This document shows positions 27,620 through 42,399 of a DNA stretch of 64,000 bases, piece by piece. Numbering within the stretch: the first letter of the stretch is position 1; each line of letters opens with the position of its first letter. The notes below the pieces were generated by a model. It worked only from the letters and a program-made list of their open reading frames with translations. It made no database searches and had not been told where the DNA came from. Origin of the DNA: Azolla caroliniana (taxonomy: Eukaryota > Plantae > Polypodiophyta); NCBI GenBank assembly GCA_043228905.1, contig JBHGNT010000013.1, positions 20,956,001-21,020,000 of the forward strand. Direction: 5' to 3'. The position numbers and the translations under genes are program-made.

Positions 27620-29370
27620 TTAATAGAAATTCACAACACTGCGACATAATCGGAATCGGCACGATAGAGCTCAATCTTGCGGGTGGCTCTACATTAATAC
27701 TACGCAATGTCCGACATGTACCTGAGCTCTCAAGACCACTGATCTCCGTCGGTTAGTTGGATGAAGACGACATTCGTGTTGGCTTCTCATTAGGAGGGTG
27801 GACGCTCCATAGGGGGAATCACCTTCTTGCTTGAGGACCAAAGATACACTCATTGTATCCTTTGCACTTCACATTCAAAGAGGGTGACCTGTTTCTGGTT
27901 GAAATCCCCGTGTCATCACTATAGCATGGACGACTCGAACAACTCAGCAAGGCCACCATCACACACTTATCAAGAGCCGGATACATACCCAAACTCATCT
28001 TCTTGGATCATAAGTTATGCGAGCATTGCCAATACGGCAAACATACAGCCATAACACACCCGTCATCCGGCCCGAACAAATCGAGTCCACTCGATTTGGT
28101 CCACTTGGATGTTTGTGGTCCTATACCAGATCAGTCTCTTGGCAGTGCTTTGTACTTCGTCAGCTTCATTGACGACTCAACTCGGAAGGTGTGGGCTTAT
28201 CCGATGAAAACCAAAGATCGAGTGTTCTCGATCTTCTTTGATTGGCTCGCTATGGTAGAGAACCAACCCGGTCAAAAACTGAAATGCTTTCGGACCGATA
28301 ACGGGGGAGAGTTCAAATCAGAGAAATTTGTCAAATTTTGCCGACAATGCGGCATAAGACGTGAATTTACAGCAAAATAGGATACTGACTCTGGGACCTT
28401 GAGCACAAATAGATCGTCCGTAGTTTGGACGTTGTGTTCAACAAGTCGAACATGCATCAATCACTTGTAAAACCGATCGAAGTCCGAAGGGTAATTTTCT
28501 CCGATGTGCCAACCCTTCATGAAGACCTAGGTCACAACACGCGGTCAGCTTCACGGGTAGCTGAACCCTCTAACACTAACTCGGTAGTGTCAGACACAGC
28601 ACATCCAAATGACTCGACTATGGACCATCCAACCATGACACCGAATGCAACCATTCAAGTCATACCTCGACGATCCAAGAAACTATCGCAACCACTGGAG
28701 AGATACTCTCCTGGTATCCTTTTTATGGACGCCAGAGAACTGACATCATACGAAGAAGCATCAGCATCAACTGACATGGCCACCTTGCCTTTGGTAATGG
28801 AGTTCGAAATGAACTCCATTCGTGCAAACAACACTTGGGATTTGGTCTAATTACCAAAGCATCGACGTGCTCTTCCATGTAAGTGGGTCTACCGAGGTAT
28901 GGCGACATCCAATTCGGCCACCCCGAAATTCAAGGCCAGATTAGTAGCGAAACAGGCGCCGCAATAGTGGTACAAGAAGTTCGACGACTTCATCCAATCG
29001 ATCAGCTTCTCAAAGTGCGATGAGGACCATTGTCTCTTCACGAAAACAGCTCGGGATGGATCTCCCATCTTCCTCATCATCTATGTGGATGACATGCTCA
29101 TCTCAGGTTACCATGCCGGAGAACTCGCTGAGCTTGTTCAACAACTGCGGTTGAAGTTTGCCATGAAGGACCTTGGTCCGACTTGACACATTCTTGGCAT
29201 CAAATTAAGTCAACATCGAAATCAAAAACAATTGTTTCTGTCTCAATCCGACTACATTGGACGTGTCTTGGAACGCTTCAACATGCAATCGGCAAAATTT
29301 TCTTTAACCCCGCTCCTTATTAGTAGTCGACTGTCTCAACGAGACTGCCCGACATCCGGTCCGGAGGTGA
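27620..29370 (+). mobile_element. Ty1/Copia internal fragment (pre-integrase, integrase, RT pieces)
   Basis: LVHLDVCGP, FRTDNGGEF, IYVDDML; related to 43905-45325. Confidence 0.85.
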
Positions 29371-29385
29371 CATCGACGAATTCAT

Positions 29386-30560
29386 AGAAACTGTTATCAC
29401 TAATGAACATGTCTACTGGATCTACAAGCATTTTAGCACAAAAATCTATGGGTCTTAATGATTTGAAAACACTTGGAAATTTTTATGGCATTAAAAAAAT
29501 GATAGATGGGAAAGCGTTTTCTCCTATAATTGATAATGATAAATTGTATGATAAATATGTAATTTTCAAAAGGAAAGCTACCACGTAATGGCTTCGACGA
29601 GATTTCATAGATGTTTGGAGTATGATAAATTGTAATGATGTGTGGAAAGAAAAGTTACCCGAGCTTCTAAAGCTTTCATTGATAGGGCTAATTCAATGTT
29701 CTTCTACGAAAGCATGTGAGAGAGGCTTTAATCGCCTAAATCTAATAAAAAATAAGTTCAGAAATAGGCCAAAAACGATACGGTTGATGCATTGATACGA
29801 ATCTCTATTGAAGAACCTGAACTAGAAGAACATGACTTCAATGCCAACATTTTGTTGTGGTCAGAGAGCAAGGCATATCGTCATATTTTAACAGGAACTT
29901 CTCATGAAATAGAAGATGACATCGAGGACTTCATAGAAGATATAGGTTGAAATTTTGTACATTTGATCAATTTTGTTTTTAAACTTTATATATATTAGGT
30001 GTAATTTTATCTAATATGTTGTTAATGCTAGTTTACAAAGTTTGGAAATGTGAATTTTGTTTACAAAGTTAGTAAATGTTTTTGGTAAATATATATATCT
30101 AGTTTTTTGTATCCAAAATTTTGTGATTGATTTGATTTGCTGTTGTGCTAGAATTTTTATTATTATTTAGTATGCACTAAATGTTTTTTTTCAACATGTT
30201 CCAGTTGACATTGTCGTTAATAGGAACGTGGCTAGTTGAAATTTTAAAATTCCGGTTAGGTTGATATGAAGTAGGAAAATTTCCGGTAGGGGCTAGAGAC
30301 TTTGCCCAACATTGGTTTTGACCTTGTATTGAATTATACACGTCCTTGACGATTGTTTTAGATCCTACATTGCTCTTCAAGGCATTCCTAGGTATATATA
30401 GTTAGCATCAAATCTTGATAAATTTTGATCTCATGTCATGATTATATGTCATTGGTAACAATTAACAACAATTCAGTTCGGTTCAAGAGTGTCAAACTCA
30501 AACCGTTTAAGAAATTTGAAACTTAAATTAAATTGAACTGAACCACGAAAGAATTTAAAT
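29386..30560 (+). mobile_element. Second copy of the hAT 3' remnant plus flank (paralog of ~17296-18470)
   Basis: Colinear with 17296-18470, including ACERGF and the terminal GCCCAACA(T)TG. Confidence 0.8.
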
Positions 30561-30954
30561 TGAATTGTTACAAAAAAACCAAAGTGTTGAAGCGTTAAAA
30601 CTAAGGTTCCGGTTTTCAAGTTAGATTAAAATTCATAAAATTTCAAAATTTAAATGAAAAACATTTTCATTATTTCAAATGTTAAAGATTGTTCTTTGAA
30701 ATGTGAGAATTGGGCTTAAAAATGAAAAGGTTGTTCACAAAAATAGTTAAGAAAATAATGAAGTGGCAACTCTAAACCGATCAAACTATATTGAACTATT
30801 AAAAAACAGTTCAATGTGAAGCGAATCGTTTAGATTGTTAAGTCACAGTTTCGTGGTTCTATTCGGTTTGGTTTGTAGACACTGGCCATTACTATAATAT
30901 ATATTCCCATTTAATATGGAGAAGAAGTGAACACCCAAAGTACTCAACATCTTG

Positions 30955-33900
30955 TGTCATAGACACGATGGAATGTAGGGCACGATCGAATCTAGGGGGT
31001 TGAACCCATGACCTCTTGGTCTTATTGGACAACCTTACCAATTGAGCTACATTCCATTTAGGCATTATTGTATTGGATAAGTTTCAACTAGAACTTTCAA
31101 GAAACTTCTAGAGAATGCATAGACATGCACTCTCTACAGGTTTCCATGCATTCTCTTGATCTTTCCTAGCTTACATTCATACCACCACATTCTTGTATAA
31201 ATACTTCGGTGCACCTTGTTTACAATCAAGGTGAAAAACACCAGTTACGGAAGCATAATCTAGTTCTTGCTCTTTGTCTACCTTCTCCCTCTATCTCTCT
31301 TGTTCTCTTGTCTATACTCTCTCCCTATCTATATATCTATCTTTTGCTCTTTCTTAATATTTAGCTCGCCTACTTGTCCTTGTCCTCGTCTACCAGTCCG
31401 TGACAGTTTGTTCACCTTCTCTTCTTGTTACCATGTCAGACTCAGCCTTAAGCCAAGTAATGGCAGCCTTGGAACAACTTCAATTAGAAAATGAAAGCCT
31501 TCGTCAATCATTACGAGAGCTTCAGAATGGCATAGCCAACAACCCTCCACCCGTTGAGCCTCACCTTCCGTTAGCACCTAACCCAACCCCTTCCTCTTCC
31601 CATTCATATGTCCTCAAACCTAACGTCAGCCTACTTGACAAATTCAACGGCTCGAGGGAGCATCTTCGTGGCTTCATCATCAAATTTGGCTTATCATCCA
31701 CTTACAACCCCAACGTTATGCTAGTGATTTCTATCGGGTCGGCCTCGTTGGCACCCTTCTCTCGGGGCCGGCACAAGCGTGGTTTGCACCATTGATGGTG
31801 ACATCATCCCCACTCTTAGACAACTTTCTTGCCTTCCTTGTGGAGCTTGAAGCCACATTCGGAGAGACAGATCGGCGACGAACGGCTCTCATGAAACTTT
31901 ATTCCTTACAACAAGGATCTCGTCCAACTTCCGTCTATGCTTTAGAGTTTTGTCAGATCGTGTGCAATGTCAGCTGGGATGACCAAGCTTTATGCGACTG
32001 GTTTCGTCGAGGCCTTAGAAATGATGTCAAGACTCTTCTCTTAAACTTTCCGGAGCCCCCATCATTGTCCCAAGTAATCTCCCAAGCCGTTCAATGTGAT
32101 AATCATCTTTTTGAGCTTCGACAAGAGGAATGGGGGACTCGAGGCTTTCCGTCTTCCTTCTGCAATGCTCCACTCACAAGGCCATATATATCAGTTTCGC
32201 CAAGCACGCCCTGGTTGCCGTCTTCCCATGACACTCTTACCCCGATGGAGGTCGACTCTTGTACCCCCAATGGAGATTGACCATGCTTGGTTCCAACCAT
32301 TAACTGATGTCCAACGGCAACATCGACGTGAAAATGGCCTCTGCCTCTATTATGCTGCCCCAGGCCATGTCATCTGCCACTCCGATGCGTAGCCCTCGTC
32401 ATCAATCCCACCGTGCACATCTTACCAAGGTTTCTCGACAACAAGAAAACGATCATGGATGTCTTGTGGAGGTTTTTGGACAACAGGAAAACGAGCAAGT
32501 CCGGTTGTAGTAGGAGCCAGGCCGCTAGACACATCCCGTCGCCCTACTTCTCTGTGCTCCTACAATTCAGTCACGCGAGCAGGAGGTTTTACGTTGCAAG
32601 TAAATCTTAGTTTTGGGTCTATTTCAATAAAATCCCATGCATTGCTCGATTCTGGTGCATCCACTTGTTTCATCGATATCGCCTTCGTCTGAGCACAACA
32701 CAACCCATATCCGTTGAAGCTATCGACGGACGGGTCCTCTCTTCGGGGGCAATTACTGAAGTCATTGTCCTGTTGGTACTTCAAGTTGAGTTCCACAAGG
32801 AGGTATTAACATTCTATCTCATTGCAACTCCTCGACATCCGATTGGTTTTAGGGCTCTCCCGGTTTGAAACACACAATCCGATGGTGGATTGGTGCAGCT
32901 GCTGAATCACCTTTCCATAAACACCAGCGCGGGTCTCTTCCACAAACACCGTTACTTGTGTGGGGGCTGCTTTCAACTTGGGAGCACATTCTTCTAATTC
33001 AACTTGGGCGCACATCCACCATTTGGGCCCATCTATGGGCTATCTCAACCGGAACTTGAGGCTCTTTGCACATATCTGGATGACAACCTCACCAAGGGCT
33101 TCATTCAAGCCTCCAAGTCACCCAGCTGGGGCTCCAATTTTATTTGTCAAGAAGAAGGATGGCTCATTACGCCTATGTGTGGATTGTCGGGGTCTCAACA
33201 AAATTACGGTACGTAATCGTTATCCCTTGCCTTTAATTCCAACACTCCTTGACCGACTTCGAACCGGGCGTATCTTCTGCAAAATCGACCTTCGGGGAGC
33301 CTACAATCTGGTGCGTATCAAGCCAGGGGACGAGTGGAAAACTGCCTTCCAAACACGCTATGGACATTTTGAGTACAAGGTGATGGCTTTTGGTCTCACC
33401 AACACCCCGACGGTCTTTCATCACATGATGAACAATATATTTCGGGAGTATCTCGATCACTTCGTGCTGATCTACCTTGACGACATTTTAGTGTTTTCTT
33501 CCGACATAGAGGAGCACACCTGACACGTCCGACTGGTTCTATCCAAACTTCGGGAACATGGACTTTACGCCAAAAGTGAGAAATGTGAGCTCGATCAAAC
33601 CTCTGTCGAATTCCTAGGCTAAGTGATTTCACCCTCTGGGATCACAATGGATGCACGCAAGGTAGCAACAATCACTGATTGGCCTGTCCCTACTCGGTTG
33701 AAACAGGTACAATCATTTCTTGGTTTTCCAAATTTTTATCGACGATTTATCAATGGTTTTTCCTCTTTAGTGCAACCTCTAATCATCCTTACTAGAAAAG
33801 ATACTCCATTTCTTTGGACCTCTACGGCGCAAAGTGCTTTTGATGTCCTTAAGGCAGCTTTTCTCACAGCCCTAGTGTTGGTCCATCCCGACCCCACAAG

Positions 33901-33980
33901 GCCCTTCCAGGTAGAAACTGATGCCTCCGACTTTGCCATTGGAGCTGTCCCTCCCAATCAGACGACGAGGGCACACTACG
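30955..33980 (+). mobile_element. Truncated Tcn1-like Gypsy chromovirus; 5' LTR 30955-31405, gag, protease, RT, start of RNase H
   Basis: TGTCA...TGACA LTR; LLDSGA; [17 protein letters not shown]; VETDASDFAIG, then an abrupt switch to unrelated sequence. Confidence 0.88.
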
Positions 33981-33981
33981 T

Positions 33982-36900
33982 TGTCGCGTTGTTACGCGCG
34001 TGCTTGGAGAAAGGCGGTACCACGGGGGTCTTGGACTAGGGAGTGACGGAGTGTAGGAAGTCGTGCTTCACCGTTTCCGGGGCATCCCAGAAGCACACCG
34101 GAAGCGACCGAAGGCAAAGAGAGAAAGAGAGGGAGCGCGCACTTAACACTGACTCATGCACATACACGCACATGCACACACACACATGCCGACCCAACTC
34201 ACGCCCTTATGTACAGGAAACGTAGGAAAGGGGAAGCACCCAACACCAACAGAGACGCGGATATACACAGACAGACGCAAATGTATATATATAAAAGGGA
34301 AGAATACATTCCCGGCTTCGAGCCGGACCAAGGTAGGTTACAGTAGTCGTCAGCTGCCAAGCCGCCGGTCGGGGAGCTCACGGGTTTGTCGCGTCGAGCG
34401 GGGTCTTGCGCAGGAGACGAGCTGAAGCAAACCCTAAGCGAACACGAAGGGGGAGAAGAAGAAGAAGAAGAAGAAGAAGAAGAAGAAGAAGAAATAATAC
34501 TAACCCTAAATCTAACGGTATACCCTCTAACGCAAAATGGGCAACCCCTTCACAAAGGGCACTCCCTTCCTTGTATAGAACAAGGAGAGGGATGCGTTAC
34601 AATGTGGGACAAATCCTGACTTACATGGGATCGTCTGTCTCGACTTGACTGCTCTTCGGCGCCATAAAGGCGCCCTCGTTATTCACACTGAATGTACAAG
34701 GGTGAGCACACACGCTGCACCCCGCCGATGTAGACAATGTTTCCCGGTTTCCGCCTCTGGCCGAAATTCTTCACGACATCCGCCCCCCACCAAACCGCAC
34801 GTCCACCGGTACGTGCCAAATCCGGTGAAGGGTGAGAGATTTCGGCCGGTGAGAAACTGGTCTTCCGTGATCCGCATCCCGGCTCGCTGCCGGTTTGATC
34901 CGTCGGCTTCGATTCTTCCTTCGCGCTTACCTCCCCGTAGGCTCGTTCGACCCGTCGATGGGTCCTTCACCGCGATCTCCGTAGTACGCGTACTTCCGCT
35001 GGCCCTTGTTCGCCCGTATGCACATCCCGCTCCCCGCTCCCCGTCGTCTGCCCGATGTCCTCCGTTGAGGAACGCCTGTAGTGGCCCGCTTGGCCTCCGT
35101 TGACCATTCGTGTTGCTGCAACAGGTCCCGAGTCTTCCACTTGCCGTCGTCCCCTCGCCCCCACCAGCTTGTCACCCCAGGCTTGCCGTGTCAGTCTTCG
35201 CTACTTCGACGGAGCTACCGAGATCTACGAAGCGAGTGTGGAGGATCCTCCTCCAGCCTCTCTTGCCCTCCCCTGACTCCGACCCTGTGCAGTCCACTAG
35301 GCACCCGTCACCTCGTTGCCGGCACCTCCCTTGTGCCGTCTTCCGCTTCCTTTGTTCGGCATCGCCTGCGCCGAACACCGTCCCGTAGTCACGCTTCGAT
35401 CTGGCCCGCGATGGCCACTTGCGAGACGCTTATTCTGTCCCAGGTGTGCCTCTCCGGCCCGACACACCTCCTCATGTTCGCCCTACCGGCTACTTCCGAG
35501 ATTGTAACCGGCCGGTGAGGGTTTCGCACTTCGTCCGCCCGTCTTACCTTGTGTCGTTGGGTCCCGTTCCCTGCCACCACCGTCCTTCTCCCTAGGTCTC
35601 ACGTTGCCACGTTGGCCGAACTGCCGGAGTCTCCGGATCGGTGTGAGGGTCCCATAGGACCTGTCTTTGTTTCGTCGCTTGCTGAGATCCGGGTGTCTTT
35701 TGTCGGAGTCCTTCACGACTCTCCTCGTGTCTTCCGCGTAGCCGGTTTCCGTCTTCGTGTTGCCGGGTCCCGTTTCCCGCCGCCACCAACCTTCTCTCTC
35801 GGTCTGATGTTCCCACGTTGGCCGAACTGCCGGAGTCTCTGGTTCGGTGTGGGGATCCCATAGGACCGAACTTCCTTATGCCCACTGACCTTGCCGGAAG
35901 GTCCGATTTGGTTCGTGGCCGCCTCGCCGGCCTGATACCTCGCCGTTCGTCGCTTCCTGTTGTCCGATCACGTTCTCCTGCCGCCACCAACCTTTCCTAT
36001 AGGACTCATGCCGGCACTCGGGCCGACCGCCGGATCGGTGTGAGTGTCTTCGTTGGACCTCCCCTTTCAGGCTTCGGTTGCCTGCCTTGCCGCCGCCACC
36101 ATCACTTACTCTAGGTCTCACCCCTCCTCTTGTCGTTGGCTGCCGGAGTCTCTAGAATCGGTGCGTGTAAGGTCACAGCTGCTCCGCTCCGCCTTCGCCA
36201 TCCTCTTCTGTTGGTCACGTTCCCCTGCCGCCACCGTCCTTTCCTATAGGACTCACGCCGGCTCTTGGGCCGACCGCCGGATCGGTGTGAGGATCTCCGT
36301 AGACCGCCCATCCATAACCCTTTGCCTTCGTCCCCTCGCCGCCACCATTCGTCACTTTAGGCCGACCGCCGGCTCTCGAGCCGACCGTCGGTTTCTGTAG
36401 AACTGGTGTGAAGGATCCTCCTTGGGCCTCCGATTTGTCTTCCCGCCCTATCCCGGATCGTCCTTTTCCGCATGCCGAGAAGGCGGTTTACTCCGCACCC
36501 TCTCCCATGGTACCGACGTACTGTGTCCTCGGCCTCTTCGTAGGCCTACTCTCTTCCTCCCTCCCAGAATGGTCATCCGGGAGTCCGCTCCGCCCTGTTC
36601 TCGTTCGGGTCCGTTCGTCATTCTTCGGATTGCCGAGTCCCGTTTTTCTGTCGCCATCGACCTCTCCTACAGGACTCACGCCGGCACTCGGCCGACCGCC
36701 GGATTGGTGCGAAGATCTCATGGGACTGGTCTTCGTTCTCTTCATTCCTTGTACTTCTCCTGAACTCGTCGTTTCCCCCCTCTTCGCGTTCTCGCCTCCA
36801 TCCTCCATCTCTTTCGGTCTCACGTTGCCACGTTGGCCGAACTGCCGAAGTCTCCGGATAGGACGCGGGGTAACCGATTTTGCAACGTCATTCTACGACT

Positions 36901-38400
36901 CGTCCGGACCACGCCCCTTCTAGTGGTGTCGGTGGATAGCATCCGCTCTGTCATCAACCAAGCCTCGCCTGAGCTTGATTCTCCAATGTCCGGAATTTCG
37001 GCTCCGATGCCGACCTTGCCAAACTCGTTCCGAACCTTTGATCACTTTCCTTTCCAATTCCCGACCTTCGCCTGGTCGGTCTTTCTCCCCATGTAAAAGA
37101 GGGCGGCTCGTCCCGCACCCCCTTTTGTATCGGCACTTTCATGCCGAATCCGGCGCCGATCAAACGATCCACGACCAAATTCTGCTCCATCCGCATCGGA
37201 ATGCCGATCTCCTCGTGCCGCGTCCGTCCTCAGCCTCCTCACAGACCGTTTCCCATCCATCTTCGTTGGCATCGTGCCCGGACTCCTCGGTACCGCCATC
37301 CATCTCCTCGGTCTTACATGGGCATACGGGCCCCAAAACCGAGTTCTCCGGAATCGGGTCCGAGGGCTTTCGTCTGCTCCTTCCCCGTATCGTCTCGCCG
37401 GTGATTCTTGGTCTTTCGCCGCCGCCTTCCTCCGCTTGGGACTCACGTGGGCACTCGGGCCCGACTGCCATCGCCTCGGGAGCAAGTGTGTGAAGACACA
37501 AAGAATCGCCCGTCTGTTTTACGCCCTTGTCCGTAGCCACCGGACCGGCTCTTCGTGATTGGCGGTCGTCTCCTTACTGATCGCGCAAGCCCCGCCTGGG
37601 CTTGCTTCTCCGATATCCGGGGTTTAGAATTTTTTAAAATTGTTTGAATTTTTTTTTCTCTTTTTTTAACGCTAGCTAGTGAGTGAGCAACACAGAACAG
37701 TGAGCGAAGAGGCCACATCCTGCATCTTTACTTGATGCTTACACCCTCACCTCCCCTTGCATCCTATTCTCGGCTTGTAAATTAGGGTGTCGACTGAAAA
37801 CCCTTATTTCAGTCGAAACCCTAATTTCGGCCATATTTCTTCTTTTCGTCCAACATCCTCACCTCCCCCTCATCCTTTGAGTGTCACTTACATATTATTC
37901 TTGGCCTCCAAACCTAGGGTGGTGATGAAACCCTAATTAATTAATTTTTAGTAAATTAATTCATTATTAATGAATTAATTAATATTTTAATTCTTTAAAC
38001 CCTAATTTGGTGCAAAACTAGGAGCCCTGATTAATTGAGCATTCATGAATTAATTAATGTTTTAGTAAATTAACTCATTAGTAGTGAATTAATTAATATT
38101 TTAATTCTTAAAACTCTAATTTTGGCTGAAATTAGGAACCCTAAGTAATTAATTAATAATAAATTAATGCATTATTAGTGAATTAATTAATATTTCAATT
38201 TTAAAAACCCTAATTTTACTTGAAATTAGGAACCTTAATGAATTAATTAATATTTCTAGGGGATAAATTCATTATTAGTGATTTGGTTAATATTTTAGCG
38301 AATTAATTATTTTTTTAGTAAATTAATAACTTTTTATTATGTAAATTTAAAACGAATGGTTCAGTAATATTCTTGGGGTCATTTTGTATTCTCGAATATG
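33982..38400. mobile_element. Unclassified repeat, probably an LTR plus non-coding internal region of a large retroelement
   Basis: Begins TGTCGCG where it interrupts the chromovirus; TATA, (GAA)n and AACCCTA motifs; GC-rich recurrent motifs (CACGTTGGCCGAACTGCCG, ACTCACGCCGG); AT-rich AATTAATT/AACCCTAAT repeats at 37790-38340; no recognisable protein. Confidence 0.4.
34454..34493. repeat. (GAA)n microsatellite
   Basis: About 13 GAA units. Confidence 0.9.
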
Positions 38401-38988
38401 GGGAATATTATGGTTGTCGAATACCAAGAATATCACGCATGGGTCAATCTATGAATGTAACATATATCCTTGTTTAATATGCAAAGGACGCGAGTGCTCA
38501 CCATCATAGCCCTCTTGTATTTTTCAAGGTCATCTAGTGAAGTAATCATATAGAGGAATATTGAAAATTTTGCGAGAATCATAGTAGGTCCAATTTTGAA
38601 ATGGACGATAGAGAAAGGAATGATGGATGCGAGACTTGTAATACATACTGTAACATCATTGTGAACCACGTCTGTGTCACATATAAGTTTTGTTTAAATC
38701 CGAATACTCCTCATTCTATGAGACTTGGCCAGAGAAAACCAATAATTTATCTAAGTAATGGTAGGGATGATGTGGGAAAGAAGAGGGAGGGGGGGTTGAA
38801 CTTGACCACTCAAACAAGTGGTATTGACTTGAATTAACAAGTCAGATTTCAGAACGTGGACATCATGGTGGGTTGTTTGGGGGGGGGGGGGGAGGGGGGG
38901 TGTGTGGTGTGTGTATATATATATAGCTGACATTACCATTAAAGTTGACATAGCTTGCAAGGAGGGAGCACTAGGGAGAAGTACATAC

Positions 38989-40360
38989 ATGGCCATGAAG
39001 CTTCTCCTCCTCCTCCTATCTGCCCTTCTCTACCTTATGGCTCTGAGCTCTTCCACCCCCTGGTTGCCGCCCCTGATCTATGGTGTCTCGGCACAGTCGA
39101 GCGCGGCAACCTGCAGCACGAGCCTACAAGCATTGCAAGCCGCTTGCGGCAGTGACACGAGTACTGCGACCACATGTTGCCCTGTCTATGAATTTCAAGT
39201 CAATGCCTACTACGATTGCTATTGCAACCGTAACACCACTGCCCTCATCGGACTTGCCACCCTCTGCTCCTTCACGCTTCCCCAGAATCTCACTTCATGC
39301 TTCCCATCAGGTAAGTATATACATAATATACATATACATATATGAATCCTTTCATGAATCAAATAATCAGACAGGCAGGGCACACGGTATACTAGGTTAA
39401 TGCACCCACCCCATTCATTTTCATCTCTGCCTTATCAGGCTATGGGAATCGAAACCTTAAATGTGAAGTTGGCCATTGTGGAAATAGTGATATTGCATAT
39501 GTCCACTTGGAGGATGTGAAACCTCAAATCAAAGAGATAATGTTGGTCTTGCATGTATACTTAAATTTTCTTTTTTTGTTTTACTGATTGATTGTGTATT
39601 TGCAGCCACACCACCACCGCCTTCACAATCTACACCCCCATCCCCAACGCCAACAGCAACTTGCGATGCGGCTTGGCAGGCTCTTCTTACTGCGTGCAAT
39701 ACTTCACGCACCCAATGTTGTAATCAGATCTCAAGCTCTATGACTAACACTCCCAGTTGCTATTGTGAGTTTACCAGTCTCAACGTTACCGCCTTCTATA
39801 ACCTGGTTGGCCCCAACATATGTAACCTGGTTGTCCCTCCCATCGTTACCGCATGCCTCGCTGGTAAGCAAACAAAAGGATGTTACAGACCACCCTTCTA
39901 GTTCATGAGATAATGTCAACAAGTTTGCCTTCACAATTCCATCCATCCATTGTAGAAGGGTTTTAGGGTTTGCGTGTGTGTACTATGTATGTCGTAGCTG
40001 CGTTGTAAGTTTATGTGTATGTACTATGTACCACCAGCACAGATCTTCGCTACATGTGTTAATGCGTGTTAATGCAAAGCAACTTTGTTTTTCTCAGCCT
40101 TGTCTCCTCCTCCACCGCCATTCAAATCACCGCCTCCGCCTCCGCCTCCGCCTCCAACCGTCTCGCCACCTCCGCCTCCAACCGTCTCTCCGCCTCCGCC
40201 TCCAACCGTCTCTCCGCCTACGCCTCCAACCGTCTCGCCGCCTCCGCCTCCTCCTCTTCCACCATCCCTTATTAATAGCGGTGATGCTAATTCTTTACTC
40301 GCATCGATACAAACGCTCCTCTTCATGGTCCTTACTATAGGAGCGGCTTTGCTCATGTGA
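38989..40360 (+). CDS. GPI-anchored lipid-transfer-protein-like protein (LTPg/xylogen-like) with two 8-Cys domains and an extensin-like stalk; exons 38989-39310, 39606-39863, 40098-40360 (~280 aa)
   Basis: Leu-rich signal peptide; C-C-CC-CxC-C-C pattern in exons 1 and 2; SPPPP(P) repeats; hydrophobic C-terminus; GT-AG introns splice in phase 1 to an open frame; TATA-like run at ~38915. Confidence 0.9.
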
Positions 40361-40639
40361 AGGACATTTTTTATAGTTGTTGATGATCATCCAAAATAAA
40401 CTCCTACCAACAACACAAGGAAACATTTGTTCGTAACACCTTGCACTGATGTTTCACATAAACATTCCCAATAACGATCTGGAGACGTTTGTGTGTCCCT
40501 CACGTAGAGAGAGAGACAGACAGACAGATGTGTTTTGCAAGAAACAAAATCATTCCGACTGTGGGATGTCCGAAAGGGATGGAAAAATGATGTTGTATTT
40601 ATTCCAACATTTGAATGTATAATACCTTGGATACGTATC

Positions 40640-41110
40640 TATTGGAGCTTGGTAATTCTTGTTTCGTAATTTTGGAATCGGGCAACTTAGTAATTGATTG
40701 CGCATAAGAGATCCATTGATGAATGTGGGTATGGTAAGGGAAACTAAATCAATGAATTTAAGTCCGAAAGGTGATTTGGTGTACTAAGAAATTCGTTAAA
40801 CTTCCATTCGTCCTAGATTCCTCCAAACGATGCAGACAGATGTTAACTCGCTGCATTGGTTCACCTAATGATTAAGACTACCTAACTAGACAGATGTAAC
40901 TGTAGCAATGACCCAAGATATTGATAGTGTAATCAAAACTCCGTTGATTCTAAGTCTTTCACTGGAAACTTCTCTTTTAGTTGGGAGGCGGTCTTGCTCA
41001 TAGCACTAATTGAATTTGATGCAATAGCGAGGTCATCAACATAGATCACCACGAACCATCAGACAGAACCACAAAAGTCCTTTTATTTCGTTGGTGATGA
41101 CTCATTGGAT
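40640..41110 (-). mobile_element. Decayed Copia RT remnant
   Basis: Reverse complement near 41030-41050 reads VIYVDDL. Confidence 0.5.
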
Positions 41111-41780
41111 TCGATTCGTCATCATGCTTAGTTGATTTTGGCCATTGCTATAATATATATCCTTGTTTAATATACAGAGGAAGTGAACACCCAAAGTACT
41201 TACTCAACATCCTAGCGCTCGAATATTTTTGAAGGGCATCTAGTGAAGTAATCGTATAGAAGAATATCGGACATTTTGCTAGAATCAAACTAGGTCCAAT
41301 TTTGAAATCGATGATAGAGATAGGAATGATGCACTGTGAGACTTCAAAGACAGGAAAATGGAGAGGAAAAAACTCTGATACATAGCAAAAAACCATAATT
41401 GGTCCATAAATGACGGCTGCAAAAATTTCTGCCTGTATACAGCAGAGAGGTTTTCTATCTCACCCTATAGCAAAAATAAACTAAAAATAAGAGCACACGC
41501 CATTTTGGCCTTTTCACACATTATGTACATGTATATATGTACCTATAACAATCTCCTACTAACATAAGTATCTTTAAAATATAGATATAAATAATCCTCA
41601 AAACAACTCATACTACTTTAAAAATATAATAATCATAACTAATAATAATAAGTAATTCAAATAAATAGATAAATAAAATATAATTGGTAGTATTACCGTG
41701 TAAACGAGAGAGGGGGAGTGTAAGAGTTTGGTACACCGACATATGGCTATACTAATCTTTGTCCTATCAGGGTATAATAG

Positions 41781-42350
41781 ATGGCGTCCACCCCATTCAC
41801 CAAGCTCCTCCACGCATACTACCCTAACGCCGGTTGTGGCTCCTTGGTAATTCAAGCCGATTTCAACAACACCCGATGCACCTACCGGGTACACACTACC
41901 GCCACGCAACTCAAGTACCTCGAGCCTGATGTTTTTGACACCCTTTCTCGGCTAGGCCTCAAGTTCTTCCTTGAGATTGGCCCTTGGGGTGTACTCCCCG
42001 AGCTGGCCAACTGGTTCCTCGTAGGATACAACCCTGATCCTGGCCATGTTCGCATGCACGCCTTCGCGGATGCTACCCCTATTGAGTTCCAGTTCAACGT
42101 CGCCGATGTTTGCACTACACTCCACTTGCCAGTGGATGGCAGTCCCTTCCGCACCACAAAGTCCCCTGACGTCGTCCCCAACATCATCCCCGTCGTCCAC
42201 ACCGAGTATTCCGGACACGAAGGTTGGCGTTTCACCGAAATTCCTCCTCACCTCCACGATCGTTGTAACGCCATCTCTTAGATCGGTGACACTGCCTCCA
42301 CTGACGCCATCGCCTGCCTCACCGGTGAGTTCCTCAAGTGGGCACACGAT
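41781..42350 (+). pseudogene. Unknown transposon-associated ORF fragment (166 aa)
   Basis: GC-rich, coding-like ORF between AT-rich DNA and an LTR fragment; no recognised motif. Confidence 0.3.
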
Positions 42351-42399
42351 CCTCAACCGGTTCAGTGGGCAGTGGGCCCATGAACTCGTTCGACGGGAC

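Noticed and set aside
34645-37720. Many overlapping ORFs on both strands
   Set aside because: GC-rich repetitive DNA with few stops; no recognisable domains.
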